Source: Nymphaea colorata (taxonomy: Eukaryota). Taken from it: 64,000 nucleotides of DNA. Under the pieces are notes generated by a model, which was not told where the DNA came from, did not search any database, and saw only the letters and a program-made list of their open reading frames with translations. The stretch is taken from positions 8,804,001 to 8,868,000 of the forward strand of contig NC_045138.2 of assembly GCF_008831285.2 (NCBI RefSeq). The letters are read 5' to 3'. Positions 12,988 through 25,965 of the stretch are shown here, in pieces. The first letter of the stretch is position 1; each line of letters opens with the position of its first letter. The position numbers and the translations under genes are program-made.

Positions 12988-15850
12988 AATAGGGGATGTG
13001 GCATTGGGCCGGGCTGGGCTGGCTGGCTCGATTAAATTCCCTACCTCAAAGCCCAAATGTTTAATAGGGCCAGCCTGTTAGTAATTGGGGCAGGGCAGGC
13101 TGATGAATTATCGGGCCTGAGGCAGAAACATTTGCACAAGGCCTGATTTGGACCCGTTATTAATGGGTTGGTGGGGCTTAGTGTATATCTACCTAACATA
13201 TGTATATCATTTTTCAATTCAATTAAACTACTTGCTATAGTCTAAGCATGAATATCAAAACTGAAAGGATTATTACCTGCATTTCTTACATCAAGTAATA
13301 TGTATGGTTTTACATGTAGAAAATTAAAAGTATATTTAAGTCTAACAATAACATCTCAAGGAACTCTTGTCCCTCGACCAATAACATAATTAGATCTTAG
13401 ATAAATAAAACACTTTCAAACTTTGAATTTCACCAAGGCTTTTATAGGTGTCTCCATTTCTCCATTTGAAAGGAATGACAAAAGTATGACTCACAAAACA
13501 CTCTCAATGATTAGTTTAGAAATTACATAAAAATAACATGTAATGAATATTAAATAGTAAACTAGAACACACAAAATGCAGAAGGTTTACCATTATGAAA
13601 TATGAATCACACATCAAATCATCATTCATCACCAGAAGAATCTTATTTGTCTTCAATACTGCAACACACATCATTATAAGCATATTACAAGGTTAGTATA
13701 ACATGAAAAACAAATGGAATGATTAGAATCTAGCATTGAACAATGAACATCTTACCTTTCACATGAACTATCTTTATTACGAATCCAACTCTATGTGCAA
13801 ACTAGTGTTTTAACAGTTTTAGGAGTGTTTGAACATCAATAATCATTAATGACTTTTTCTGCTGTACTGAATGCAAACTCTAAAGCAACTATAGATATAG
13901 AAATTGCTAATATGTCTAAAACCATTTTTTATAAAACTTTATATTTACTTTCTTTTGCCTTCTACGAAGATAACATGTTGTAGTCTTCAATAGAACAAAC
14001 TCATTCTATTGGATCAACTAAATATATTTTTAGATTTGTGTGAGTTGCTTGAGGATATACAAAATTCAAGTAATATGTGAAGAAAGAAGTTTCTCAGAAA
14101 ATCTCTATCTTCTTTAGTTTCCATTATATCACTGTGTGCATTTCATTTTCTCTATCATTTATACCACACACACTTTTGTACTTAGCATACAACTCATGAA
14201 TATAGTTCTCTTTCTTCTCAAGTTATACTTCATATACTATAATTTGGAACTAAAATCTAAAACAAATGCAATTGCAAAGAGAACGTCGTAGTCTTTTCAA
14301 TATTTGTCAATTTTTCTTACATTTTATATGCCAATTTCTTATATAATCATTAGCTATCGCATGATGCCTACTCAAAATGCTTATATAGCTTTATATTTCT
14401 TCAAAACTACATTAGTTGTTATATGCATAGTGGCAGAGAAATATTTGTTGCATTGTAGAATTATTTAAAAAGATAACACAAATAAGATGCATAAGGCCAC
14501 TTATTATCAGAAGACAAATTTATATAATTAGGATCAACAAAAGACAAATGTTGAAAGATATATTTTTAGAACAATGCAACTTTCAACATGACATATGTAA
14601 AATTCTATCGATCATGAATATCATAGCTTAATTTCTTTGTACTATTCAAGCATACTATTTTTATACAATCCTTAAAAGTGTGCCGCCATTTTGGTGATCC
14701 TTTTACATATTTATAACTTCCATGAATTAATTGTATCATGCATATCTTACCATCTTGAACGATTTAGGAGATGTGTATCACAATGAATATGCAAGTGTTG
14801 CCCTCTCAATGGAATAAAGTTTCTTTTTCCTAAGTTTCTTTTTAGTGTAGTTATTGCATTATTATCTATTGATAATGTAAAAGGAAGTGGCAACTGTAAA
14901 CAAAATCTTTTTCATAAAACCTCAACATGTCCAACATAGGTGGCAGTGAATTGGAACAAAATCCTAACAATTCGTCAACTGTTGTTTGTAAATTTGATAC
15001 CATCTCCTCAAAATTTATCATACAACCTTTCTAGTACAAAGATGAAGAGCAAGAAGGAATTTTTCCAATGTGTGATGACAAATGGTTAGAATCATGGTGT
15101 CGAAGGAGGCTTCACCAACTCTAATTGTATTCGATCGAATCTGTCTAGCTAGTGAGACCCACCAACTATTTAATTTTTTTTTATTATCTGCTTGTGATGA
15201 ACAGAAAACAGGCCTTCACTAAGCTATTTCAACACAATTATATTTTTTGTTTAACATCAGCAAGTTGTACTCCAACATTAGTTTTACTGATGCAAATATC
15301 ATTAAAATTCACAAAAATTTATGAGCATATCATATGAGCCTGTATTAAATGCAATAGATATTAGTTTAGATCATGATATAAGAAGCACAATAGCATTATG
15401 ATTGTTTGCTATAGGAAATTTTAACTGCTTTTACTCTCTCTTTTTATCTATTCAATGGCCTAGAAACTACTTTTTGTGTAATAAATCATCCTAAGAAGGA
15501 CAAAGTCATTTTTTTTTTGTATTGAACTAATACTTATGAACCAAGGCAACTTTGAAGAACAAATGACATTAAAAGCCATTTTGTCAATTCTATAACCTCT
15601 TATCTCCGCTTTCAAATGACCTATGATCACTGAACTTGAACTTTAGATCCTAGTTTCTTGTTTTTCATGGCCAAGATCTCATATTTTGGGAATGAAAGAT
15701 GCAGGAATTACACCATGGATTTGTAATCCTTGCACTCTAATCTATGAATCTCAAGTTAAATCCCTTTCATTTTGCCAGATATCAAAGGATTTAAATGATA
15801 TTGTACCAATTAAGAGCTTTCGCATGCAGGGGAGAGGGATTTTCATGCAA
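12988..15850 (-). mobile_element. Decayed hAT DNA transposon (transposase pseudogene with dimerisation domain and possible BED finger)
   Basis: The - strand at about 13850-13920 reads DILAISISIVALEFAFST (compare hAT dimerisation DILAIPVSTVASESAFS). A WCNSC motif at about 15700 may be a BED finger. TAGGGGATGTGGCA plus a GGGCC-rich subterminal region lies at about 12989-13180. Many stops. Confidence 0.75.
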
Positions 15851-17159
15851 AAATTAAATAATAGATCAGAAGACTAGATAGATAAATGCCTAAATATAAG
15901 ATGAAAATAAAATAAAAGATGAATTTCTAATTAATAAAGGGATAGAACAACATCTCCATATGCCAAAACTAGAAAAATTAACGTTGATGTCTAAATGGTG
16001 TAGGGGAAGTACCATAATAGCATATGAAAATGCTACTTTAATTCATAATGTCATGAGCAACCAATGGAAGGTAATGAGCCCTTCACTAGATCTTGATTGT
16101 TTATCAACAGATCCATCTATGTTGGACTAAAAAAAGGGAAAAGCACAGAAGGTCCTTTTTAGGTTACATTTTCTTTAAAGCTCTTCTCTCTTGCTTCTTT
16201 CTGTTATTAGCCGAATGAATGGAGAGAAGGATTTCGATGCTTTGGTCACTGGTAACATATAGATAGTGCACCACTTGGTGCATGTTGATGCGGAAATTCT
16301 TGATCAAGTCGCAGCAAATTCTTTGAACATAACATTGCAATTTGAAGCAAGATTCAGACAAAGACAATGTGCATAAGAGCTCATCAAGATCTGGCCGGCA
16401 ATGGCATCAACAGAAACCAGGAACTTGGACGCGACTTTCCCTTCACGAGACCAGCCATGAAGGCAACTTGGAGGACTTAAGCCTGTTGGTTGCATGGAAG
16501 TATGTGCTGTTTTGAAGCTCAATTGAGAAAGTGAAAGTATCTTCACTGGCTTGCTGTGAGGCCATGTGAGCATGGTGAAATCATTTTTTTTTTTAAATAA
16601 GGAATGTTTTTGTTGGTTGCAGATGCAAGATGTTCCCTATCGAAGGAGCAGTGGACGAGGAATGAACAAATTCTTCTTCACAAGTAAAAAACTACAGGGA
16701 AAAGGAAAAAATAGATGAGAAATTTATTTGTTTCTTCCTTCTTGGTAATCTTTTTAATAAGTCCAATAGATGAAATTGAGTCAGCTTGTTGAATACTTCC
16801 TTTTTATCTGAAGCCACAGCATGGAAATTAGGAGCATACTTTGGTATGGAATGATATTTGTCTTCATCATCTATCTTGTTTTGGTAAGCAACAACTTATG
16901 AACCATCTTCAATAAGATTGAGTTGCATAGCATGCAAGAAAAAGAAGGGGTTGGGGTAGTTTATAAATTCTTTATAAAGGCATGTAAATTTTAGACTTTT
17001 AACATTTTCATAATCTCCTTGTCATCCTTTTGACAATATTTCCTTTTTACTTTATCAAAGACATTTTGGTCATTACATACTCCTATGCATGCACAGGGGT
17101 GTGCATGTCACTAGTTTTGATCTTCAATGACTTGCACTTTCTCTTTCATGAACTTACAA

Positions 17160-17160
<1 letters not shown>

Positions 17161-17211
<51 letters not shown>
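17161..17211 (+). repeat. (TA)n microsatellite
   Basis: Direct reading. Confidence 0.95.
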
Positions 17212-17215
<4 letters not shown>

Positions 17216-17238
17216 ACTGAACTATGACTCTAGCTATT

Positions 17239-17418
17239 TGTTAATATGTAGAGACATAATTGGCCAATCTTAGATCAGACGATCTAGAGTTTTCATCTCT
17301 CCCTCCCTCTCTCTTTCTTTCTCATTTGAAAGGGGAGCCGGTGGGGCTTCCCTTGCCTCTACTGTCCTTCTCTACCCATAGAGGGTAGAGAGAGGGGGAG
17401 CTGTTGGGTGGCTCCCTT

Positions 17419-17473
<55 letters not shown>

Positions 17474-20400
17474 AAATATGAGTGATGAGAAGTCAACGTT
17501 TCAACATCACGCAAACAAAATTGTCAATATTTTCTTACCTTGTTAATGTTTGCTCTTGTTGCCATATATTCCTCTTGTAGCTGTTTGAGTGCCATTAAGG
17601 AAACGTTGAGGAAACGCCTTCCTTGTTGGTCTTCCTTCAACGCTACATATATTCATTGTAATTTGTAAAGAAGAAAAAGTGAGAAAACAGGGCAATGCTG
17701 CGTGATGTTCTTATCATGGATGTAGGATCGACAGATCCGAACAACGTAAATCTATGTGCATTGTCTTCCTTTTATTCTCTCAAAAATTATCATGGTATCA
17801 GAGCCAGGTTTTGAATTCGTCGTGAAACAGAGGAAGTTCTCCATCCATTCACAACAATGACTGATGCTGGCGTTGTCAAAATTTATTCTTAAAGATGTCG
17901 AATGGATGTTGGAACGACTCTTGAGTATCTGAAGATCTCTCTAGAGTATTTGCAAAATTTCTAGAGCATCAAGGAGAGAACGCTCGAATTTTTTGAGTGT
18001 CACCATTGGAAAAAAAAACAGGGCAGCAACGTGCTTGTCACCCTTTCATCGTCGGGCGTCATCTCCACAATCAATATCCCAGCCTGAGATTTTACAGGAA
18101 GGACCGTCTATCTATTGCCTATCCAATGCCTCTGAGCTCGACCAATTTGGTGACCGGAGTCGACCAGAATCATCAAATTTCCAACTGCCTCTTTTGCTAC
18201 AAAACAGGGAACAACGTGCTTGTTGCCCTTTCATTCCATCGACCAGCGTTATCTTCATTAAACAAGTTGCAGAAAACAAGTTCAAACAGTCTCTGTGTGC
18301 AGTCTCCTGAGTTCAAACCAACATGACCTAAGTTCAGACCGCCTCTCCTGCTGCACTAAACAATTTGCAGAAAACAAGTTCAGACCGTCTCTATGTGCAG
18401 TCTCCTGAGCGGTCCCTTTATCGGTAGAAAACAAGTTCGTTCGTGTTTCTCTTTTATCAATGGACACTAATGGAGGAACCAGTGATTCTCAGAGACTGAA
18501 CTCGACTAGTGGATCTTCCATACAACAACAAATTGTCGTGGAGACAGGTACTACCATTCTCAAAATTACAAATGTTCCATTGAATGGCTTAAATTATATG
18601 TCTTGGTCCAAAGCTGCTACTATGTTCTTAAGTGGGAAATGTAAACTTGAGTTTGTTAATGGAAAAAAATCTAAACCAGCCATTGACAACCCTAACTATG
18701 ATGAGTGGGAGTCCGGTAATCATATGGTCATCTCTTGGTTGCTGAATTCTATGGATGCTAAAATCGCTGAGAGTTTTTATTACGTCGAAACTGCCGAGGA
18801 AATATGGAATGCTGCCAAAGAATTATATAGTGAAAAATATAGTATGGCGCGCATGTATCAACTCTCCCATGAAATTTATGAGTTGAAGAAAGGTCATATG
18901 ACCTTGAGCGACTATATTGCTACGCTCAAAGGAAAGTGGAATTAGATGGACTCTCATTGTCCACTCTCAACCGACCTTCCTCGCATTAAGAGGCAGCAAG
19001 ATCAAGAAAGAACCTTCAAACTATTGGCTGGTTTAGGTGAAGAATACAAACAAGCAAGAAGCCAAATATTAATGACTTCTTACCTGTCGTCTTTGGATAT
19101 GGTGTGTAACACCCTCTTATGAGAAGAAAAAAGAAGAAAGATTATGAGACCGGTGACACTGTTGATACTAAAATTAGTGGTGAAAACATTGACAAAGTTG
19201 CTTTTAATGCCTCGGTCAGCAAGAAACATGAAGAAAAATTGGTGGTTCAACCGTCATTTAGAAATAGAGGCAAACGACCAGTGTGCACATACTGCAAAAA
19301 AGAAGGACATGTTCGAGAAAAATACTGGAATTTACATGACAGACCTACCAACAAGGCAAATCTGTCAATATGCTAAAATGACTCGTCCTTCTTTTGGTTT
19401 GTCTAAAACTGTTGCTAATGAACCGTTTGAATTGGTGCATGCTGATGTTTGGGGTCTTGCCCCAGTCACATCTTATAATGGTTTTAAATATTATTTATCA
19501 TTTATTGATGATTTCTCTAAGGTAATTTGGTTATATCTTCTCAATTCCAATGATCAAGTTTTTGAAAAATTTGTGATTTACTATAATATGGTGCGTACTC
19601 AATACAATGATGGTATTAAGACCCTAAAAACTGACAATGGGACTGAGTTTAAAAACAGTTCTTTTGAAAATTTTGAAAATATGAGTGGCATGATGCATCA
19701 ATATTCATGTGTAAAAACTTCACAACAAAACAGAGTAGTCGAGAGGAGAAATCGTCATATTCTTGAAATTACACATTTCTTACTTTTTCAGTCTTGTATG
19801 CCTAAACAGTTTTGGAGCGAGGCGATTATGACTGCTTGCTACCTAATTAACTGAACTCCTAGCTGTAGATTAAGAGGAAAATCACCTCTTCACATCCTTA
19901 CAGGACGCAAGATCAGTATCAATCACATGAAATTGTTCGGGAACATTGTGTATGTTATGATGGACAAAACTGAATGAGACAAACTTAGTCCCAAAGCTCG
20001 CAAGTGTGTGTTTATGGGATATTCAGTCAACAGAAAAGGATATAGATGCTACAACCCTTATGACCAGCACATGTATATCTCTAGAGACGTCAAATTTGAT
20101 GAGTTGGTGCCATATTTCAAAAATCACCATCATCAAGAAACACGATAGGGGAAGATTACTTTGCCAAACATTAGCATATATGATGATTTAGTTGCCATTT
20201 CTACCAACCAAGGTAATCATAATGCATAAGAAGAAGCTCAAGTACAACCTTGATCTAAAACATGGGAACTCATGAAGTTGAAAGGGGCACAACTGAAGTC
20301 ACCAAGCCTAGAAGATCACAAAGAACCATTCAACTTCCCTAGGCACTTGAAAGATTATGTGACATATAAGGCAGTTATGCATCCTATCGAAAATTGTGTG

Positions 20401-21265
20401 ACGTTTAAAAATTTCTCTAAAAAACACTGGTTTTTTGCTACCATAGAAAGAGAAATAGAGCCAAGATCTTATGAGGAGGCCAAAAAGAATCCTATTTGGA
20501 TCAAAGCTATGCAGGAAGAGCTTGATGCCTTAAACAAAAACCAAACATGGGAGATTACTCAATTGCCTGAAGGAAAATGTGTGGTTGGCTGCATATGGGT
20601 TTTTAAAATCAAATACAGCAGTGATGGAACAGTGGAAAGATACAAGGGCTGGTCACAAAAGGGTATACTCAAACACAAGGATTGGATTATGAGGAGACAT
20701 TTGCTCCGGTAGCCAAAAAGAATACTGCTCGAATATTGCTCTCGATCGCTTGCAACTATGATTGACCACTATTTCAATTAGATGTAAAGTTTGCTTTCTT
20801 GCAGGGAGACTTACAAGAAGAAATATATGAAGCTACCTCCTGGATGGACTCAAGAAAAGTCTACATCAGTATGCAAGCTGCAAAAATTGATATATGGACT
20901 TAAACAATCTCCTCGAGCGTGGCACTTCAAATTGAGCAAAGCTCTTGAACAATGTCGATTCTACAGGAGTAAAGCCAACAATTCGTTGTTTATCAGTAAG
21001 AAAGACAGTGATATTACTTTGGTGCTTATCTATATGACATAATCATCATAGGAAGCAACACTTTCAAGATGAATGATGCAAAAGCACTACTTCAAAAGGC
21101 CTTCGACATAAAGGATTTGGGAAAGTTAAAATACTTTTAGGGAATAGAAATTGCTCAGTCAAGGAAAAGACTATTTATGTCACAAAGAAAATATGTCACT
21201 GATATCTCAAAGAAACTGGAAAACTTGGATGTCGTCTTGTAGTTACACCGGTGATCATCAACAAC
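17239..21265 (+). mobile_element. Degenerate Ty1/copia element: 5' LTR (start uncertain, ends 17792), PBS, gag, integrase, partial RT; protease and 3' end missing
   Basis: CA|TGGTATCAGAGCC PBS at 17793; gag LNGLNYMSWSKA..VISWLLNSM (18460); knuckle CTYCKKEGH; integrase [43 protein letters not shown]; many stops and frameshifts. Confidence 0.9.
17793..17805 (+). other. Primer-binding site complementary to the 3' end of tRNA-iMet
   Basis: TGGTATCAGAGCC directly after the LTR-terminal CA. Confidence 0.9.
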
Positions 21266-23800
21266 AAAGAATTGTGTGACAAAGAAACTGCAAAATTTGT
21301 TTTATGAAAAAATAAAGTAAAATTGTGTTCATAAAGACGCAACAAGCACTCAAAAAAATTAAATGCGATAATGACATTGCATGAACTGATTTTTTGATAA
21401 AAAAGAGTTTACTAAGAGGTTATAAGTAGTCAAACAAAACATATTGTGATAACGCTACTACAGGATTCTTTTTAGGATACACTCAAATAAAATCATGCTT
21501 ACAAGCATGCGACAAGTACTTGAAAAAATTAAATGTGATAATGACACTATATGGACTTGTTTTATGATAAAAAGGCATTTACGAAGAGGCAATAAGTAGT
21601 CGTACAAACAAACATGAGATAGCGCTACTGCAGTATTCGTTTTATAGTATACTCAAATAAAATTATGTTTACAAGGATGTGATAGACATAAAAAAACATG
21701 TGATAATGCAACCGCAGGGTTCGTTTTACATATACACTCAAGTAAAATCGTGTTTTCAAGGAGGCAATAAGCACTTAGAAAAATTAAACGCAATGACACT
21801 TGTTGACTGATTTTGTGATAAAAAGGTGTTTACTAAGAGGAGATAAATTGCCAGACAAAAGAGATTGCAATAATGCAACTCTAGGATTCGTTTTAGGATG
21901 TACTCAAATAAAATCTTATTTACAAGGTCGTGATAAGCACTCAGAATAATTAAATCGACAATGCCACTATGTGGATATGTTTGATGATAAAAGGACAGTT
22001 AACAAGAGGAGATAAGTAGTTGGACAAAATAGATTGTGATAATGCAACTACATGATTTGTCCTTATAAAATCATGTTTACGAAATAAGTTTACTAAGAGG
22101 CGATAATTAGTCATACAAAAGTAATTGCAATTATGCAACTATAGGAATCGTTTTTGGATGCAATCAAATAAAATAATGTTTTAGAGGATGCAATTAGCAT
22201 TTGAAAAAAATTAAATGCGACAATAATTGTATGGGCTGATTTTATGATAAAAAAAGATGTTTACTAAGCAGGATAAGCAGTTGGGAAAAACAAATTGTGA
22301 TAATGCAACTATAGGATTCCTCCTTGTGAAATTGTATTTACATGGATGCGATAAGTACTTAAAAAAATTAAATGTGACAACAACACTGTGTGGATTAGTT
22401 TTATGATAAAAAGATGTTTACTAAGAAGTAATTTGCAGTCAGACAAAATAGATGGGATAAAGCAACTGCAAGATTCATTTTATTATATGCTCAGACAAAA
22501 TTTTGTTTACAAAAATGCAATAAGCACAAAAAATCATGGGATAATGCAATTACAAGATTCGTTTTACAATACACTTAAGTAAAATCATGCTTACAAGGAT
22601 GCAATAAGCACTTGAAAAAATGAAAAGCGACAATGACACTGTATAGACTGGTTTTATGATAAATGGGCATTTACTAAGAGGTGATAAGCAGCTGGACAAA
22701 ACAGATTGTGATAACGTAACTACAAGATTTGTTTCTGGATAGCTCAAATAAAATCGTGTTTATGATGACGTGATAAACACTCGAAAAAATTAAATGTGAC
22801 AAAGATAGTGTATGGATTGATTTTACATTAAAAACTCATGTACTAAGAGGCGATATGTTGTCAAACAAAACAGATTGCGATAACACAACTGCTTGATTCG
22901 TTTTAGGATGCAATAAAATGAAATAGTGTTTACACCGACGTGATAAGCACTCGAAAAAATTAAATGCTACAATGACACTATATGAACTGGTTTTACGATA
23001 AAAAGACGTTTACTTAGAGACGATAAGCAGTCAGACAAAACAAATTGTGATAACACAATTACAACATTCGTTTTAAGACACACCCAAATAAAATCGTGTT
23101 TGCAAGGATGCAATAAAGACTCGAAAAAATTAAATACAATGACGACACTATATGGACTGGTTTGACGATTAATAAGCATTTGCTAAGAGGCGATAAGCAG
23201 TCAGACAAAAAAGATTGCGATAATGCAATCACAAGATTCATTTTATGATACACTCGAATAAAATTGTGTTTACAAGGATGTGATAGGCACAAATAATCGT
23301 GTGATAATGCAACTACAATATTTATTTTACATAGACACTCAAGTAAAATTATGTTTACAAGGTCGTGATATATTTGAAAAAAATAAGTGCGACAATGACA
23401 TGGTATAGACTAGTTTTAAGATAAAAAGGTATTTACTAAGATGTGATAAGTAGTTGGACAAAATAGATTGCGATAACGCAACTGCAAGATTTGTTTTATG
23501 ATACATTCAAATAAAATTGTGTTTTCAAGACCTAGATAAGCACTTGAAAAAATTAAATGCAGCGATAATGCAACTGCTAGATTTGTTTTACAATGTGCTC
23601 ATATAGAATCACATTTACAAGGCCGCGATAAGCACAAGAAATCATGTGATAACACAACTGTAGGATTCATTTTATGAAACACTCAAATAGAATCATGTTT
23701 ATGACACTATATTGATTGGTTTTATATAGAAAGTCATTTACTAAGAAGCGATAAACAGTATAAACAGTCAGACAATACAGATTTCGATAGTGCAATAGCA
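21265..23800. repeat. Degenerate AT-rich satellite array of two related ~85-bp modules, with ~170- and ~255-bp units
   Basis: The AAAAAATTAAATG anchor recurs at about 21359, 21529, 21784, 21950, 22211, 22368, 22621, 22790, 22960, 23130, 23383 and 23553; TTTACTAAGAGG and CACTCAAATAAAATC also recur. Confidence 0.92.
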
Positions 23801-23869
23801 GAGTATGGAAATGTGTTTTGCTATGGTTGAGTCAATAGATGAAATAAACGGCATTTATTCTCCACGGCT

Positions 23870-24937
23870 GCTTTGAAACAAGAAAAATTTTAGTTCCATT
23901 TACATACAAACATGAAACTAAAATACCTAGAACAAAAGTTTCAAACAATCAAACAACATTGGGTATATGGAAGGTGGAACTTCTGTTCCACCACATTGGT
24001 ATCCAGTACTAAATACCTATCATTTAATGTCTGGGTCTGGCATTCAAACTTTACCTAGGGGTTTTAAAATTCATGTTGTTTCAAAATAGGGCATTTTTTT
24101 TAATGATGGAAGTAAAATTTCACTCCTACAGTCGAATTTCATCAATCAAATGCTTCTTGAGGGGCATTTAAATGCTTGGTATTTAAGTGCTTGCCATTAA
24201 AATACCATGTATTTGAGAGGTGGAACTAAAAGTTCCATCTTCCATAACCCAAGTGTGTGTGAATGCATGGTGTACTTATTCTAGGTGTTATTATTCTATG
24301 TTTGATTTACGAAATACCATTCCTACCTCCAACCGTTGAAAATAACAAACCACCCATCCTCATTATTAGCAACCATCGACTTATAAAAACGAACACTCAA
24401 GAAGCGGCTTCAGCTTCCACACAAGGCTGTGCAGTGTGCACTTCACGCCTCAAGCTTGGAATAGCTGACTTGATATTGATCGCCACCCAAACGTTTTAGA
24501 GTGTCAAGGAGTGCCACCTACATAGTTAAAGGCTTCCCTTGGCTACGAAGTGTAGGAACAACAAAAAACAGAAAAACATCTACCTCTTAAAAGTGCTTCA
24601 TCTGAAAAACAGTCACCATTATAAGCATCAAGAATTCATCAATACATGCACCAACATGAGAATAATTTAGTATATGAGAATAATCCCAATCCAGATAATT
24701 AAATAAGGATGGAATCAGATGTATCCAGCTTCATTAGAGCAACCCCGGTTTCTAGTTTAAGCAGGAGTTGCAAGTGCAGGAACTCTCTGCGCCTCGTCCC
24801 CAACTTCTCTGCCCTCTTCTTCTTCTTGCGCCGCTTCTGGCTCGCCCCACTCCGCCCGCCGCGGCCACGCTGAAGGACACGCACAATTTGTTCGCCCTCA
24901 AGACCCCTCTCTTCATCAACCCACTTTTCTCCAACTG

Positions 24938-25007
<70 letters not shown>

Positions 25008-25396
25008 CCTCTCTCTTGCTGCGGTCATGGTCCACGATTCTCTCTGGCATTCTCAGAATTGCAATTTTGTTGTTAATGTGTGAAATATGTGAGATGAATT
25101 GGGCTTGCCGACTGGGTATTCTTTGGTGACCCGAAAATGGCGTTTAGCATAGAGGGGACTCTCGGGTGGGGCTCTTGCATTTGCAGCGTCCGTCCATAAT
25201 CAGATCCAGAAGGAGTTTGGGCTGCATGTCGCCATTACTCTATCTGTTTCATAACTCACTCAGAAAAGATGGGAAATAGCCAAAAAAAAATGCCGATGAT
25301 ACCTGAACCTACAGAGGGCAGGACCGATCTGTGCGATTTTGGGTGACCCATTTGGGCATTTCAGAAAGGGCTGGAGAGAAGGAAAGAAAGAGGGCA

Positions 25397-25444
<48 letters not shown>

Positions 25445-25965
25445 TGCTCCAAGCCTGAGGAGGAGGTGAAAAGAGAGGGTGAATAAGACGGTGGCTTGCT
25501 GATGATAGAAAAAGGAAGAAGCTGAGAAGAGAGCAAGTCACGACCTTGTGTGCCAGAGGGAGCAACCAGTGTATTGTACGGGTGGAACTAAACACCGGGG
25601 AGAAGGAGAAGGCACCTATTTAGCTGAGACTATATTATTGATATTACAATATCACGTTCATTCAAAACCCCCGGATGTTTTATTTCTTGTTTGTTTGAAG
25701 GTGGAATTTTTAATGTACGATGGCAGTAAATTTTAAAGGCTGTAGTAAAATGCCGTCAATACAAACTCCTGTGTAACGTTTGAATACCTGAAACTAAATA
25801 CCTAAGTGTCACAATTCCGGTATTTAGTACCGGGTACGGTTTTTGTGGAACTTTTGTTCCATCTCCCATGTACCTGTATTTGTTTGATTTTTTAGAATTT
25901 TTATTTCAATTATTTTAATACCATATTTGTTTGTACCTGAAACTTAAATACCATCTATTTTCAAC
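23870..25965. mobile_element. Diverged ~200-bp inverted arms (about 23870-24070 and 25765-25965) enclosing GC-rich gene-like DNA; possible Pack-type TIR element or two opposed MITE copies
   Basis: AATCAAACA..GGGTATATGGAAGGTGGAAC..GTTCCAC..GTACTAAATACC on the left matches the reverse complement of GGTATTTAGTAC..GTGGAAC..GTTCCATCTCCCATGTACC..TGTTTGATT on the right. No TSD identified. Confidence 0.5.
24941..25016 (+). repeat. (CT)n microsatellite
   Basis: Direct reading; an (AG)n tract lies nearby at about 25399-25442. Confidence 0.95.

Noticed and set aside
13740..15850. Domesticated DAYSLEEPER/RICESLEEPER-type gene
   Set aside because: No substantial open frame on the coding strand; many stops and frameshifts.
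21265..23800. CRISPR-like repeat/spacer array
   Set aside because: The intervening sequences are themselves repeated and degenerate, there are no unique spacers or cas genes, and the context is eukaryotic.
24709..24873. DVL/RTFL peptide or bZIP sucrose-control uORF (FFFLRRF, RLVPNFSALFF)
   Set aside because: Only superficial resemblance; lacks the RRC..ML.CW signature, and no downstream bZIP ORF is present.
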